Numbered from the whole stretch's first letter, positions 49,831 through 59,591 are shown. The stretch is DNA of 63,976 bases, filler included, from Candidatus Woesearchaeota archaeon (GCA_046538795.1; 7 parts of 7 records of this genome joined end to end with filler, not necessarily neighbours in it), one strand, 5' to 3'. Made by a program: numbers and translations. The notes: generated by a model not told the origin, from the sequence alone.

Positions 49831-50053
49831 GGCTATTCCGGGCTTTAAATGCGATATTTTTTATATAGGCTATTTCTTTGGACCTTATTAAATATAAGTA
49901 TTAAATATATGATGATATCCGAAAATTAGACAATATTATCGGAAAATTTTCGAAAAATGCGTTGAAAAACCGAAAGCTTTTTAAATAAATCGGGGGTCAG
50001 ACGTTTATGTTTTTGTTATTTGTTCGTAGTTACATTTTAAAAGAGGTATTAAA

Positions 50054-50470
50054 ATGAATGATGCTGAAGAATATTCCAAAAAGATAGAAGAATGGAACGC
50101 AAAAAAAGTCGGAGTGAAAGAGTTCATAGATTCACTTAATACTGACAAGATTGAGAATATCAAGCAGGTAATTACAGAAATCAATGAACTTATCGACGAA
50201 AGAAAAGAACTTAGCCTTTCTCTTATAAATACTTATGAGCATATTCTTATTAAAAATTCTGATATGATGAACAGGATTTCGCCTGAATTCGTTAAAGAGC
50301 TTATCAGCCTTCATCAGGAGACTATAAGGATTGAAGAGGCAAAGGTAAAGGAGAAACTTGAGTGCTGGAGAGATATTGCTCTTCTCAAGAGGGAACTGAG
50401 AGAACGTCTTAGAGATTTCAGGGAACAGGAGAAGAAAAACATTGCATTTTCTAACCTTATGGAGGATTGA
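50054..50470 (+). CDS. coiled-coil hypothetical protein, coupled to the downstream ATPase
   Basis: GAGG SD; stop overlaps the next start. Confidence 0.75.
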   Translation: MNDAEEYSKKIEEWNAKKVGVKEFIDSLNTDKIENIKQVITEINELIDERKELSLSLINTYEHILIKNSDMMNRISPEFVKELISLHQETIRIEEAKVKEKLECWRDIALLKRELRERLRDFREQEKKNIAFSNLMED

Positions 50471-52419
50471 TGTTATCAAACAAGCCAATAGAGGAGCTAT
50501 GCAGAAAGCTTCGACCCATACTCGGAGAACAGATAGAGAAAATCTACCTAAAGTATTCTTTATCTACCGACAGGGATGAAAGGCTTGAAGCAGAGAAGCT
50601 TGTACATGCTTTATATCATAAGCATCTTGGAAAAAGCCTCCTTAGTGATGAAATACTTCTTGAACCTCCTAGAAAAGAGCAAGCTGAGGCAGAATATGAG
50701 CTTGGCACTGTTGTCTATGCAGATCGCGATCTCTATAATTTCGGATTTCGAGAAAAGGATTGGATAAGGCACATGTGCGTTACAGGCATGAGCGGTTCAG
50801 GAAAGACCACTTTTGCATACACCATTCTTGGAAATATGATAATCAAGAAAAAACCTTTCTTGGTGTTTGACTGGAAGAGGAGTTTTAGATCTGTTCTAAA
50901 GGTAGATAAGACTTCTTTTGTTTTTCCTGTGGGAAATGAAAATATCAAGAATTATTTTAGAGTAAATATCAACATACCTCCTCCTGGAGTCGGACCTAAG
51001 CAGTGGATAACGATAATTGCTGATCTTCTTTCAGAAGCATATCAGACAAGTTATGGCGTCCATAAGATAATTACAGAGACTATGCATGAGATTTTCAAGG
51101 AATTTGATGTCTATGAGGGAAGCGGAAATTATCCAAACTGGTATCAGATAAAAGAGCGTCTTGAAGAAAAAGACAGGATATTGGGTGAGAAAAGATCCTC
51201 AAGAGAGTATGAGTGGGTTACGTCTGCACTTAGGATAGCTCATGAGCTTACTTTTGGAAGCTTTGGTGAAGTTATCAACTATAAGGGAAATGACCTGATA
51301 GATATATCTGAACTTATGAAGCACAGGATCGTGTTTGAGCTTGACGGGCTTTCTAATGCTGAAAAGAAATTTTTCACTAATTTCATACTTACTTATATCT
51401 ATAAAGAGAAAAAATCTGATCCTGAAAACTTGTGCAATGATTTCAGGAATCTCATACTTGTCGATGAGGCGCATAACATCTTCCTTAAAGAAAGGCCTAA
51501 TTTTCTTGAGGAAAGCATAACTGAGAGAATGTTCAGAGAGATAAGAGAGTATGGCGTAGGGCTTATCTGCCTTGATCAGCATGTTTCAAAGCTTTCTGAC
51601 GTGGTCTCTGGAAATTCTGCATGCAACATCGCATTTCAGCAGCAGCTTCCTGAAGATATAAGGTCGATCTCATCTCTTATGCAGCTTGATGACCGCTATG
51701 AGAACAAAAGAAAATATTTTTCCATGCTTCCTGTAGGCCAGGCCATAGTCAAGCTTGCAGAACGTTACAATAATCCTTTTCTTATCAAGGCAAAGTTTAT
51801 CGACGCAAAAAAGCTTCGTGTAAATGATGAGGCTCTTGAAATTGAACTTGAGAACAGGATAAAAAATATCGCTAAAAAAGAACTCAAGGAATCAAGGATC
51901 GCATCTGAATTTCAGATAATAGAATACCATGCAAAAAAGCAGGACTATGAGAAAAAAAGAAAGCCTGTCATAAACCATATCCAGAAAGATCTTGTGATCT
52001 TCATGACATCTCTTATCGATAAGGGATTTGGCCTGAAGAATATAAGAACGGAAATGATCAAGCAAGGGTACAAGCACGGCGACATAAATGTTGCCATCAC
52101 TAACATCACTTATGACAAGTATGTCAAAGCTCATCAGAATGAATTACTCAACAAATCATCTTCACAGATTATCAAAGAACTTTCGAAAGAGCAAATAGAC
52201 GCTCTAGAGAAACTTGGCCGCCACACATACACAACAAGCGGTCTCTATCGGGCTTTACAGCTTAGCTCTCGTAAGGGAACTGAACTTAAAAAGTCACTAC
52301 AAAGATTGGGACTGATCGGTGTGATAGAGGAGAAGACCCATAAAGGCATGTCAAAGAAAATTTTTTTGACTCCCAAGGGAATCGAACTCCTGGAGAAGGC
52401 TGGAATACCTTTAATATAG
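50470..52419 (+). CDS. HerA/DUF87 (FtsK-HerA/VirB4 superfamily) ATPase with C-terminal winged-helix-like domain
   Basis: RHMCVTGMSGSGKT, VFDWK, ILVDEAHN, REIREYG, DQ motif; C-terminal KIFLTPKG wing. Confidence 0.85.
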   Translation: MLSNKPIEELCRKLRPILGEQIEKIYLKYSLSTDRDERLEAEKLVHALYHKHLGKSLLSDEILLEPPRKEQAEAEYELGTVVYADRDLYNFGFREKDWIRHMCVTGMSGSGKTTFAYTILGNMIIKKKPFLVFDWKRSFRSVLKVDKTSFVFPVGNENIKNYFRVNINIPPPGVGPKQWITIIADLLSEAYQTSYGVHKIITETMHEIFKEFDVYEGSGNYPNWYQIKERLEEKDRILGEKRSSREYEWVTSALRIAHELTFGSFGEVINYKGNDLIDISELMKHRIVFELDGLSNAEKKFFTNFILTYIYKEKKSDPENLCNDFRNLILVDEAHNIFLKERPNFLEESITERMFREIREYGVGLICLDQHVSKLSDVVSGNSACNIAFQQQLPEDIRSISSLMQLDDRYENKRKYFSMLPVGQAIVKLAERYNNPFLIKAKFIDAKKLRVNDEALEIELENRIKNIAKKELKESRIASEFQIIEYHAKKQDYEKKRKPVINHIQKDLVIFMTSLIDKGFGLKNIRTEMIKQGYKHGDINVAITNITYDKYVKAHQNELLNKSSSQIIKELSKEQIDALEKLGRHTYTTSGLYRALQLSSRKGTELKKSLQRLGLIGVIEEKTHKGMSKKIFLTPKGIELLEKAGIPLI

Positions 52420-52550
52420 CAATTTAAGCGTCTTAAAGGTAATTCAACACACTCTTTGATAGCTGAAGCTTTATTCTGAAAACAGGTCGTTGACCTGATT
52501 GTACATAATTCTTAGGAATAAGCCCGGGAAATCTTGTTTTGGAGGTGTAT

Positions 52551-53033
52551 ATGTTTGGGTGGATGTTTGCAAATCTCACTCCTGTGTTCTTCATCCTTTG
52601 TGCAGCTGGTGTTGGTCTGGTGGTTCTTTTATGCCGCTTGATGGTTCTGAAAAAACAGCTGATGTTCTCTGTATTCGCGATCATCTTTTTTGGCGTGATT
52701 TTTTTAATCATGCTGATTGTGATCTACGATAAGGAGGACCTGACCTATGTCAGTCTTAGAAGGGTTGACATCGTCAGGGAAGAGGCAATTCCTCTTATCA
52801 CGCCTAACAGATTCGTGAGCGTCAGAGAGTATCATGGAAGGTGGGTCTATGAACTTCATCAAGAAGGCAAGGAGCCTGTCGAGCTGGAGTACGTCCGGGA
52901 TCAGACCACTACAAGGAGCTACTTTGTAGAGAGGAAATACTCTGACTCTTTCGGCCGTTCCAGTATAGGGTTCGGAGGAAGCGGTGTCGAGTATATCTTC
53001 TACGAGAATCCGATCGAAGGGATAGGCGACTGA
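52551..53033 (+). CDS. hypothetical membrane protein (2 TM)
   Basis: GGAGGTG SD before ATG 52551; GC-richer codons than neighbours. Confidence 0.65.
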   Translation: MFGWMFANLTPVFFILCAAGVGLVVLLCRLMVLKKQLMFSVFAIIFFGVIFLIMLIVIYDKEDLTYVSLRRVDIVREEAIPLITPNRFVSVREYHGRWVYELHQEGKEPVELEYVRDQTTTRSYFVERKYSDSFGRSSIGFGGSGVEYIFYENPIEGIGD

Positions 53034-53067
53034 CTTTCTATGTAAAAAAGTATTTTTCTTTTTCTTA

Positions 53068-53208
53068 GCGCCTGTGATGTAATGGCAGCATACTCACAGA
53101 GGATCTCCCCTTTTCTCCCGGACCAAGGAAGACTAGCAATCTCCTGGAAGCTTTGTTTCCTCAAGCTTTACAAGTGAGAGGCAGCGGGTTCAATTCCCCT
53201 CAGGCGCA
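53068..53208 (+). tRNA. tRNA-Val(TAC)-like gene with 69-nt insert at 31/32 and imperfect T-stem
   Basis: GCGCCTG/CAGGCGC acceptor, ATGT/GCAT D-stem, CTCAC/GTGAG anticodon stem, loop TTTACAA after the insert, GGTTCAATTCC, A73. Confidence 0.6.
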
Positions 53209-53255
53209 GAAGACACTTCGTTGAAGTGCGATGTAACAATTTAGGGAGGTATCTT

Positions 53256-53396
53256 ATGATACTTGAGATTAGTTTCTTTGTGCTGGTTGTCGCTCTCCTC
53301 GTCTTCTTTGTAGTAAGATACATGAAGACATATTCTCAGCTGAAGAACTCAGCAGAGGATTCCGGATCGCTCGTATTCCTTTCTGTTCTCTGTTTT
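53256..53396 (+). CDS. hypothetical membrane protein, 3' truncated
   Basis: GGGAGGT SD before ATG 53256; hydrophobic. Confidence 0.55.
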
Positions 53397-53496
53397 NNNN
53401 NNNNNNNNNNNNNNNNNNNNNNNNNNNNNNNNNNNNNNNNTTAATTAATTAANNNNNNNNNNNNNNNNNNNNNNNNNNNNNNNNNNNNNNNNNNNN
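53397..53496. other. artificial contig linker
   Basis: N44-TTAATTAATTAA-N44. Confidence 0.98.
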
Positions 53497-54444
53497 TTTC
53501 GTAAACACCATAGGAAATCCTGCAGTACATAATAGTTCATACATATTTGCAGCAATTGCTAGTGCAATTGTACCTATCATCATAGAAGTCATCGATTCAG
53601 CTTTTAATAATGATCTCATTTTAGCAATCAGACTTTTTCTATGTTCATCTGATACTGATAATGATACTCCTTTTTTGAATGCAAAAAAATCTTTTATGTT
53701 TATTGCAGCGATAGTTAAAGCTACTATCCCTGCAATTGTTGTTATGATAGTTATGTTCTTGGTTATCATAAAAAAGTTAAGCCAAGCTGACATGAATAAG
53801 AAATATATCAATCCTGAGAAAAACACGAAAGTAAGTCCGATGATTAACATTCTTTTTTTGCTTTTAGCATATACAAGCATCGATAAAAGGAATAATAATA
53901 CGAAAAAAGCACAAGGATTAAATCCATCTAAAAATCCTAAGATTACTGTTAAAACAGGTAAAGATATTGCTTCTGATCTGACTTCTCCAATGATTGGCAG
54001 ATTTACTGATTCTCCGGTAATATTATCTTGTGTTTCGTTTGTCTCATCTGAATTGTTTTTTATATGATTTAGGTTTTTATTGATTGCTCTAATTATGTCT
54101 TCATTCATCTGGGGGCTGTATCCTACAAAGTGCTCTTCACCTGCAAACATAGTTGGAACGCCCCGTGCCTGAATTCCATGTTCTTGGGCCATCTGTTGAA
54201 AGAGTGCTTGATTATCTTGATTATGCCAGACCTCATAATAGATAGGATTGATATTTTCATAGTCTTCTTCTAAAGAATCTAAATAATGCTCTAATTCTTT
54301 ACAATGAGGACATGTCTCTCCTACAAAAACATGGATGTCTAGTGTGTTGTTGTCTTGAGCTTGTATTAACGGAAAGCTAACAGTGATTAATAGTACTAAT
54401 AGTATAGCAATAATCATTCCTTTAGTGTTATTTTTTTGTTTCAT
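53497..54444 (-). CDS. extracytoplasmic glutaredoxin (CPHC) fused to a CcdA/DsbD-like membrane domain, 3' truncated
   Basis: Signal, CPHC, GVP, DGFNPCA, ELLCTAG. Confidence 0.85.
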
Positions 54445-54481
54445 GGTAGATATCATATGGTGAAACAACATATATATTTTG

Positions 54482-54498
54482 GTTTCATATTATGAAAC
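54482..54498. promoter_or_regulatory. palindromic operator GTTTCATA-T-TATGAAAC
   Basis: Perfect 8-bp arms just upstream of the TATA-like ATATATAT; extra TGAAAC half-site near 54461. Confidence 0.55.
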
Positions 54499-54501
54499 AA
54501 C

Positions 54502-54984
54502 CTATTTTTCGATGAATAATTCTTGAAGTTCTTCATTAAGAGAAATAGTATTTGTCATCCCATTAGGAGTTTTTTTAATAATTTTTTTTCCTTCCAGTTT
54601 AAGCAAATCTCTTGATATTTTTACCTTGTTAATCTGAGTATCTTTAGTTATTTCTGATTGTGTTGCTTTGCCTTTTCTCTTAATGAGTGAGTTGATAATC
54701 TTTTTCATATCAGGTTCTAAAAAATTCAAGGTTGCGCTAGTATCTTTATTGATCTTTATTATTTCTTTTCTGTGTCTTTCTGATACGAAATAATAGATTA
54801 TGCTGCCAACAAAGAGTCCAAATAAAGATAATAAGATCAATATTAGAATTACTTCATTTTTTTGCCGACATTCAAGATTACACAATATTTTTTCATTTAA
54901 GTATGTTATCAAGAAAAATACCATTGATGCGAAACCAGAGGCAATACCTATTATCAACCAAACCTTAATGAGTGGATTCTTCAT
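54502..54984 (-). CDS. membrane-tethered wHTH regulator (2 TM with periplasmic CxxxC, MarR-like C-terminus)
   Basis: TQSEI...KVKISRDLLKLEGKKII...GMTN. Confidence 0.78.
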   Translation of the reverse strand: MKNPLIKVWLIIGIASGFASMVFFLITYLNEKILCNLECRQKNEVILILILLSLFGLFVGSIIYYFVSERHRKEIIKINKDTSATLNFLEPDMKKIINSLIKRKGKATQSEITKDTQINKVKISRDLLKLEGKKIIKKTPNGMTNTISLNEELQELFIEK

Positions 54985-55203
54985 AAATGTTATCTAAAAT
55001 AAAAGGTTTATAAATCTTTTTCTTGTTATTAGATTTAGTTAGGCTTAGTTTTATGCTCTTAATATATAATTGTATGATCAAAAGTTTCACAAGGTCATAG
55101 TTTCCGAGTTCAACTTATTTAATCGTATATAAGCCGAGATGACATAAAATTATTTTCAAAAATCAAAACGCCATTCCGCCTCGATTTTCTGATAGGATAC
55201 TTT

Positions 55204-56319
55204 TTAGATTATGCTTCCGAACAATAATCCTCCAATTGTTGCATAAATAATTACAAGTCCTACATAAACAGCTGTTTTTTTTGTTCCAAGAACTCCTCTT
55301 ACTACCAACATATTTGGTAAGCTTAAGCTAGGTCCTGCAAGCAGTAGAGCTAGTGCAGGTCCTGAGTGCATTCCTTTAGCGATTAGTGCTTGTAATATTG
55401 GGATTTCTGTTAGTGTTGAGAAGTACATGAATGCTCCAAATATTGATGCAACCAAATTTCCTATGATGGTGTTTTGTCCTACTAAGTTTGTGATTATTGT
55501 TTCTGGAAGTAGTGGCATAATAAATCCTGCAACAAATACTCCTGCAAAGAGTAATGGGAGTATAAGTTTTGAGAAGTTCCATGTTTCTTCAAGCCATTGG
55601 TTTCTTACTTCTTTTGCGAACTTAAATAATGCTAGAGAGACAACCCCTAAAGTGAATAAGCCTATTAAAACATATTTGGTTGTCTTGTCTATTTGCAGCC
55701 CATTGACAATAAGTATTCCAATCATTAATGTAAAGAATAAGAACATTGTTTTTCCCGAAATATTTGCTTCTTTTTCTTCTTGAAGGAATAGTTTTCCTTT
55801 CTCAGTCTGTTCTCGAAATATAAGGCTCATGCTTATCCCCACAAGAACAGATAATATTATTGCCAGTATTATTCTTGCAAGTCCTATCTGAAACCCTAAA
55901 ACGCTGATGGTGAGAAACATTGCTGCGATATTGATTGCAGGTCCTGAAAACAAGAACGTTATTGCAGGTCCTAGCCCTGCTCCTCTTTTTCTTATTCCTG
56001 CAAATAATGGCAATATTGTGCATGAACATACTGCTAATATTGCTCCTGAAACAGATGCTATTCCATAAGATACATATTTTTTTGCATCTGCTCCCATGTA
56101 TTTTAGCACTTTGTCTTTTTTGATGAATACACCTATTGCTCCTGCTATGAAGAGCGCTGGTACAAGGCAGGTTAAAACGTGCTGTTTTGCATAATCATTA
56201 AGGAGGTTCACTCCTGAAACTATTGAATTGTTAAACCATTCTGCTCCGTATGGCACAAAGTAGAATGTTGCGAAGATGCCTATTATCCCTGCAAGTATTT
56301 TCCAATCTTTCTTTTCCAT
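55204..56319 (-). CDS. arsP: DUF318/ArsP-family permease
   Basis: HVLTCLVPA, AVCSCTILPLF, GPAIN, YFSTLTEIP, GPSLSLP. Confidence 0.8.
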   Translation of the reverse strand: MEKKDWKILAGIIGIFATFYFVPYGAEWFNNSIVSGVNLLNDYAKQHVLTCLVPALFIAGAIGVFIKKDKVLKYMGADAKKYVSYGIASVSGAILAVCSCTILPLFAGIRKRGAGLGPAITFLFSGPAINIAAMFLTISVLGFQIGLARIILAIILSVLVGISMSLIFREQTEKGKLFLQEEKEANISGKTMFLFFTLMIGILIVNGLQIDKTTKYVLIGLFTLGVVSLALFKFAKEVRNQWLEETWNFSKLILPLLFAGVFVAGFIMPLLPETIITNLVGQNTIIGNLVASIFGAFMYFSTLTEIPILQALIAKGMHSGPALALLLAGPSLSLPNMLVVRGVLGTKKTAVYVGLVIIYATIGGLLFGSII

Positions 56320-56321
56320 AG

Positions 56322-57032
56322 TTAGAACACCATCAATCCAACATAATACAATCCTGCAAGGATAAATATTCCCGCAACAATTTTTCTCGTCCACTTCTCA
56401 AACGTACCCACCTTATTCATGATCGTTCCAAGCTTTGAAACACTTTTCACAAGGATAAACGAAAAAATAATGACAGGCAAGCCTGTTGCAAATGCAAAGA
56501 TCGAAGGGATAATAAGTCCATCTCCTGCTTTAAGCGCAATAGGTATGAGCATCCCAAAAAATAGCACTGCACTAAATGGGCAGAATGCTAATGCAAAAAT
56601 AACCCCTAAGAGAAAACTGCCAAGATAGCCTTTTTTTGCAAGCTTTTCTTTAAGCTTATTGAGTTTGTCACTTGATTTTATAAGATTAATCTTGACAAAA
56701 TCCAGCATGACAATACCTATAAATAAAAGCAAAGGCCCAAGAATTTTATCACCATACTTTTGTAAAAACAATGCAATTGCTTGCGTATTGAGACCGAACC
56801 ACACTATCGCAGAAGCGATAATGACATAAGTGAGCATCCGTCCTAAAGTATAAAGAAATGCAACTTTTATCGTATGTTTACTGTGTTTTATATGTTTGCT
56901 TGCATAAGCTATTGCAGTGATGTTAGTTGCAAGCGGGCACGGACTTATTGCAGTCATCAAACCTATGAAGAACGCTGCGAGTATTCCTATTTCGCTTGTT
57001 CCCATTGCTTCCATGAATGCCATTAAACCCAT
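56322..57032 (-). CDS. arsG: DsbD/CcdA-like ArsG-family membrane protein
   Basis: TAISPCPLATNI, YTLGR, FALAFCP, ATGLP; position downstream of arsE/arsF-like genes. Confidence 0.7.
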   Translation of the reverse strand: MGLMAFMEAMGTSEIGILAAFFIGLMTAISPCPLATNITAIAYASKHIKHSKHTIKVAFLYTLGRMLTYVIIASAIVWFGLNTQAIALFLQKYGDKILGPLLLFIGIVMLDFVKINLIKSSDKLNKLKEKLAKKGYLGSFLLGVIFALAFCPFSAVLFFGMLIPIALKAGDGLIIPSIFAFATGLPVIIFSFILVKSVSKLGTIMNKVGTFEKWTRKIVAGIFILAGLYYVGLMVF

Positions 57033-57035
57033 TTT

Positions 57036-57509
57036 TTAATTACCTGCTAGTTTTTTCTCAATGACTTCTTTTAGATAATTCATATAAGTTGTTTTATCTT
57101 GGATTTTATACCAAACATTTGTATTTTGTTCAGCAGAAAAATCTTCGCCAGAGTATGTTCCAAGCCATAGTGATGATCCTGTCGCCCCATACTTTATCAC
57201 TAATTCTTTGTTTTCTGGAAGTTCGCCATTGATATGATCAAAGACAATTATTCCGTTCTCAAGTTCTTCTTTAAAGTATGTATTGACTGTTGCCTCTGCA
57301 TAATCACCAACTGTGATACATGAATAACATTGATTAGTACCATGAAAATGATATATTTCAAGCTTGTCGATATTGATTGTTCTTTCGTCTGCTTCTAAAT
57401 TACTTACTGCGTTCCCAGTCATATTCTCAGATGATGCGTTACTGTTGCATCCTGTCATGAACAAAGAAAGCATAAGTATTCCAAGTATTGCTATTAGACC
57501 AATTTTCAT
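57036..57509 (-). CDS. arsF: ArsF-like thioredoxin-fold lipoprotein
   Basis: Lipobox-like MTGC; YHFHGTNQCYSC, GSSL. Confidence 0.65.
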   Translation of the reverse strand: MKIGLIAILGILMLSLFMTGCNSNASSENMTGNAVSNLEADERTINIDKLEIYHFHGTNQCYSCITVGDYAEATVNTYFKEELENGIIVFDHINGELPENKELVIKYGATGSSLWLGTYSGEDFSAEQNTNVWYKIQDKTTYMNYLKEVIEKKLAGN

Positions 57510-57514
57510 CTTGT

Positions 57515-57742
57515 TCACAACCATTTTTTTATTTCTTCAACATCAGCTACTTTACCATAGCTTTTGACTTCTCCATCAATAACTATCGCAGGAGTTGACA
57601 TGACACCATACTCGACAATCTTATCGATATCTGTGACTTTTACAAGCTCAGCTTTTTTCCCGATTTCGTCTAATGCTTTTTGAGCGTTAGCTTCAAGCAT
57701 CTTGCATTTTGGACATCCAGTTCCAAGTATTTCTATTTTCAT
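57515..57742 (-). CDS. arsE: MTH895/ArsE-family small thioredoxin-like protein
   Basis: MKIEILGTGCPKC, GVMSTPA, DGEVK. Confidence 0.75.
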   Translation of the reverse strand: MKIEILGTGCPKCKMLEANAQKALDEIGKKAELVKVTDIDKIVEYGVMSTPAIVIDGEVKSYGKVADVEEIKKWL

Positions 57743-57759
57743 TTCTGTTCCCTCCAAAT

Positions 57760-58368
57760 CTAATGTATATCTTTAAGATTATTATTGATAGAATATAACG
57801 TAGGAAGTCTAAATCTTATCTCTTTTTCAGAACCGCTCAATATTACCAACAAATCTTCATTATCATAATCATCCCAGCTTATGAGTACAGGATACGTCCC
57901 AAGTTGAGCTTTTGCATGAGTTATCTCTTTGTGATACATAATATCTGAGTCTGGCAATATTTGCTTTGCAATATCTTCTGAAAGGTATGTGTGTACAGTC
58001 AACCCCACCAGTTCTTCTTTTTGTATGAATCGCTTTTCCTTAGATATAAGGGTGTAGCCTTTCGATAATCTTTTTTCAAACATGTTATGAGTATCAATTT
58101 CTCCATCTTGCGCAAGTCTTCCGATAAGAGCGACATCAATATTGCCTTTGTGAAGAGCATTTAAGGCTTTGCTTGAACTGCCCATATGTATCAACTGGAT
58201 GTTTTCATTTTGCAGAGCAATATCTTCTGCGAAGAGCCGCATCGTCGGACAATACCCCAAGCGAATCGGTTCTGCTGTTGCATTACCTGAGGTGGTGCCT
58301 TTTAAGAGAACAAGGCTTGAAATTATCAAGACTAATGCCCCTATTCCATACAAAATATTTTTGTTCAT
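57760..58368 (-). CDS. membrane-anchored protein, substrate-binding (PBP2)-like
   Basis: N-terminal anchor, LGYCPTM, GSSSKAL...IDVALIGR. Confidence 0.55.
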   Translation of the reverse strand: MNKNILYGIGALVLIISSLVLLKGTTSGNATAEPIRLGYCPTMRLFAEDIALQNENIQLIHMGSSSKALNALHKGNIDVALIGRLAQDGEIDTHNMFEKRLSKGYTLISKEKRFIQKEELVGLTVHTYLSEDIAKQILPDSDIMYHKEITHAKAQLGTYPVLISWDDYDNEDLLVILSGSEKEIRFRLPTLYSINNNLKDIH

Positions 58369-58375
58369 TGTTTCA

Positions 58376-59374
58376 TCATATCTCTTTAACATATTGATAG
58401 GCGTAATATCCTGCAGTAACTCCTTGACTGACACCGATGATTGCTTGCTTCCAGTCTGTATTTGTCACATCTCCTGCAGCGAAAAATCCGTCGATGTTGG
58501 TCTGCGAATGAGAGTCAATAATCACTTCCTGGCGTTTATTAAGTTTCACACCAAGCTTCTTTGCAAGTTCGCTTCTTGCCTCATGACCGATGTAAACAAA
58601 TACTCCTTGCACCGCTATTTCATTGCTTTCGTGATATTTTTTTTTCAGGAGCAATCGTTTTACGTTGTCATCTCCTTTGATCTCAAGTATCTCATTATCA
58701 TTGATAACCTCTATCTTTCCTTTCTGCACCAGCTCATGTAGATTCCTTTGATTGTGATGTTCAGGATGCAGTTCTTCTTCGTTATTGATGATATAAACCT
58801 TTTTTGCGTACTCACTGATAAGAATCGCTTCTTTTACAGCGCTGTCTCCTCCACCCGCGACAGCGACCACCTTTCCTTTGATGGACGCGGCATCGCAAAG
58901 AGCGCAGTAACCCACGCCCTTGCCGAAGAATGTGTCTTCACCTTGAACGCCTAGCTTCTTCACTTGAGCTCCGGTCGCTAGGATGACTGACTTAGACATA
59001 TACTTTTTTTTCCCAGCGATGACGTTGAACCCATCGTCTGTCTTTTCTATGTCATCAACTATCGTTATATCCATGTCTACATCATAATCCATTGCGTGAT
59101 TTTCCAATAAGTCAGTTAGTTTCTGCCCTTCAATTGAAACAAATCCTGGATAATTCTCTACTTTTCCTGTTATGGCAAGTGTTCCACCTGGTTGCTCACC
59201 AATAATTAGAACTTTAAGTCCTAGTCTTGAAGCATACATTGCACTAGCATATCCTGCAACACCTAAACCTATAACTATTAAGTCATATTTTTTATTGGTA
59301 TCTGGAAAATGTTTGTAATCATTTCTTGGTTCAAATACTATTCCTTCTGTATTTGTATCAGCCATAATTTTCAT
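58376..59374 (-). CDS. trxB: thioredoxin reductase
   Basis: YDLIVIG, VENYPG, ATGA, CALCD, GGGDSA, FAAGDV. Confidence 0.92.
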   Translation of the reverse strand: MKIMADTNTEGIVFEPRNDYKHFPDTNKKYDLIVIGLGVAGYASAMYASRLGLKVLIIGEQPGGTLAITGKVENYPGFVSIEGQKLTDLLENHAMDYDVDMDITIVDDIEKTDDGFNVIAGKKKYMSKSVILATGAQVKKLGVQGEDTFFGKGVGYCALCDAASIKGKVVAVAGGGDSAVKEAILISEYAKKVYIINNEEELHPEHHNQRNLHELVQKGKIEVINDNEILEIKGDDNVKRLLLKKKYHESNEIAVQGVFVYIGHEARSELAKKLGVKLNKRQEVIIDSHSQTNIDGFFAAGDVTNTDWKQAIIGVSQGVTAGYYAYQYVKEI

Positions 59375-59491
59375 CTCAATAAGTGTGGTGCAAACACAAG
59401 GATGAATCCTAGTATCACCATAATTAAACCACCCAGGAGTTTGCAGATCTTGGCGTATTTTTGACTGATTCCACTGCTCAACGCAAAGGCA
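59371..59491 (-). CDS. C-terminal fragment of a membrane protein (glutaredoxin/CcdA-like family), 5' truncated
   Basis: Reads AFALSSGISQKYAKICKLLGGLIMVILGFILVFAPHLLR-stop; ATGA overlap with trxB. Confidence 0.55.
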
Positions 59492-59591
59492 NNNNNNNNN
59501 NNNNNNNNNNNNNNNNNNNNNNNNNNNNNNNNNNNTTAATTAATTAANNNNNNNNNNNNNNNNNNNNNNNNNNNNNNNNNNNNNNNNNNNN
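59492..59591. other. artificial contig linker
   Basis: N44-TTAATTAATTAA-N44. Confidence 0.98.

Noticed and set aside
53068..53208. tmRNA-like or suppressor (TTA) tRNA
   Set aside because: The insert is too short for a tag ORF and a D-stem is present; the 7-nt loop register TT-TAC-AA gives Val, consistent with A73
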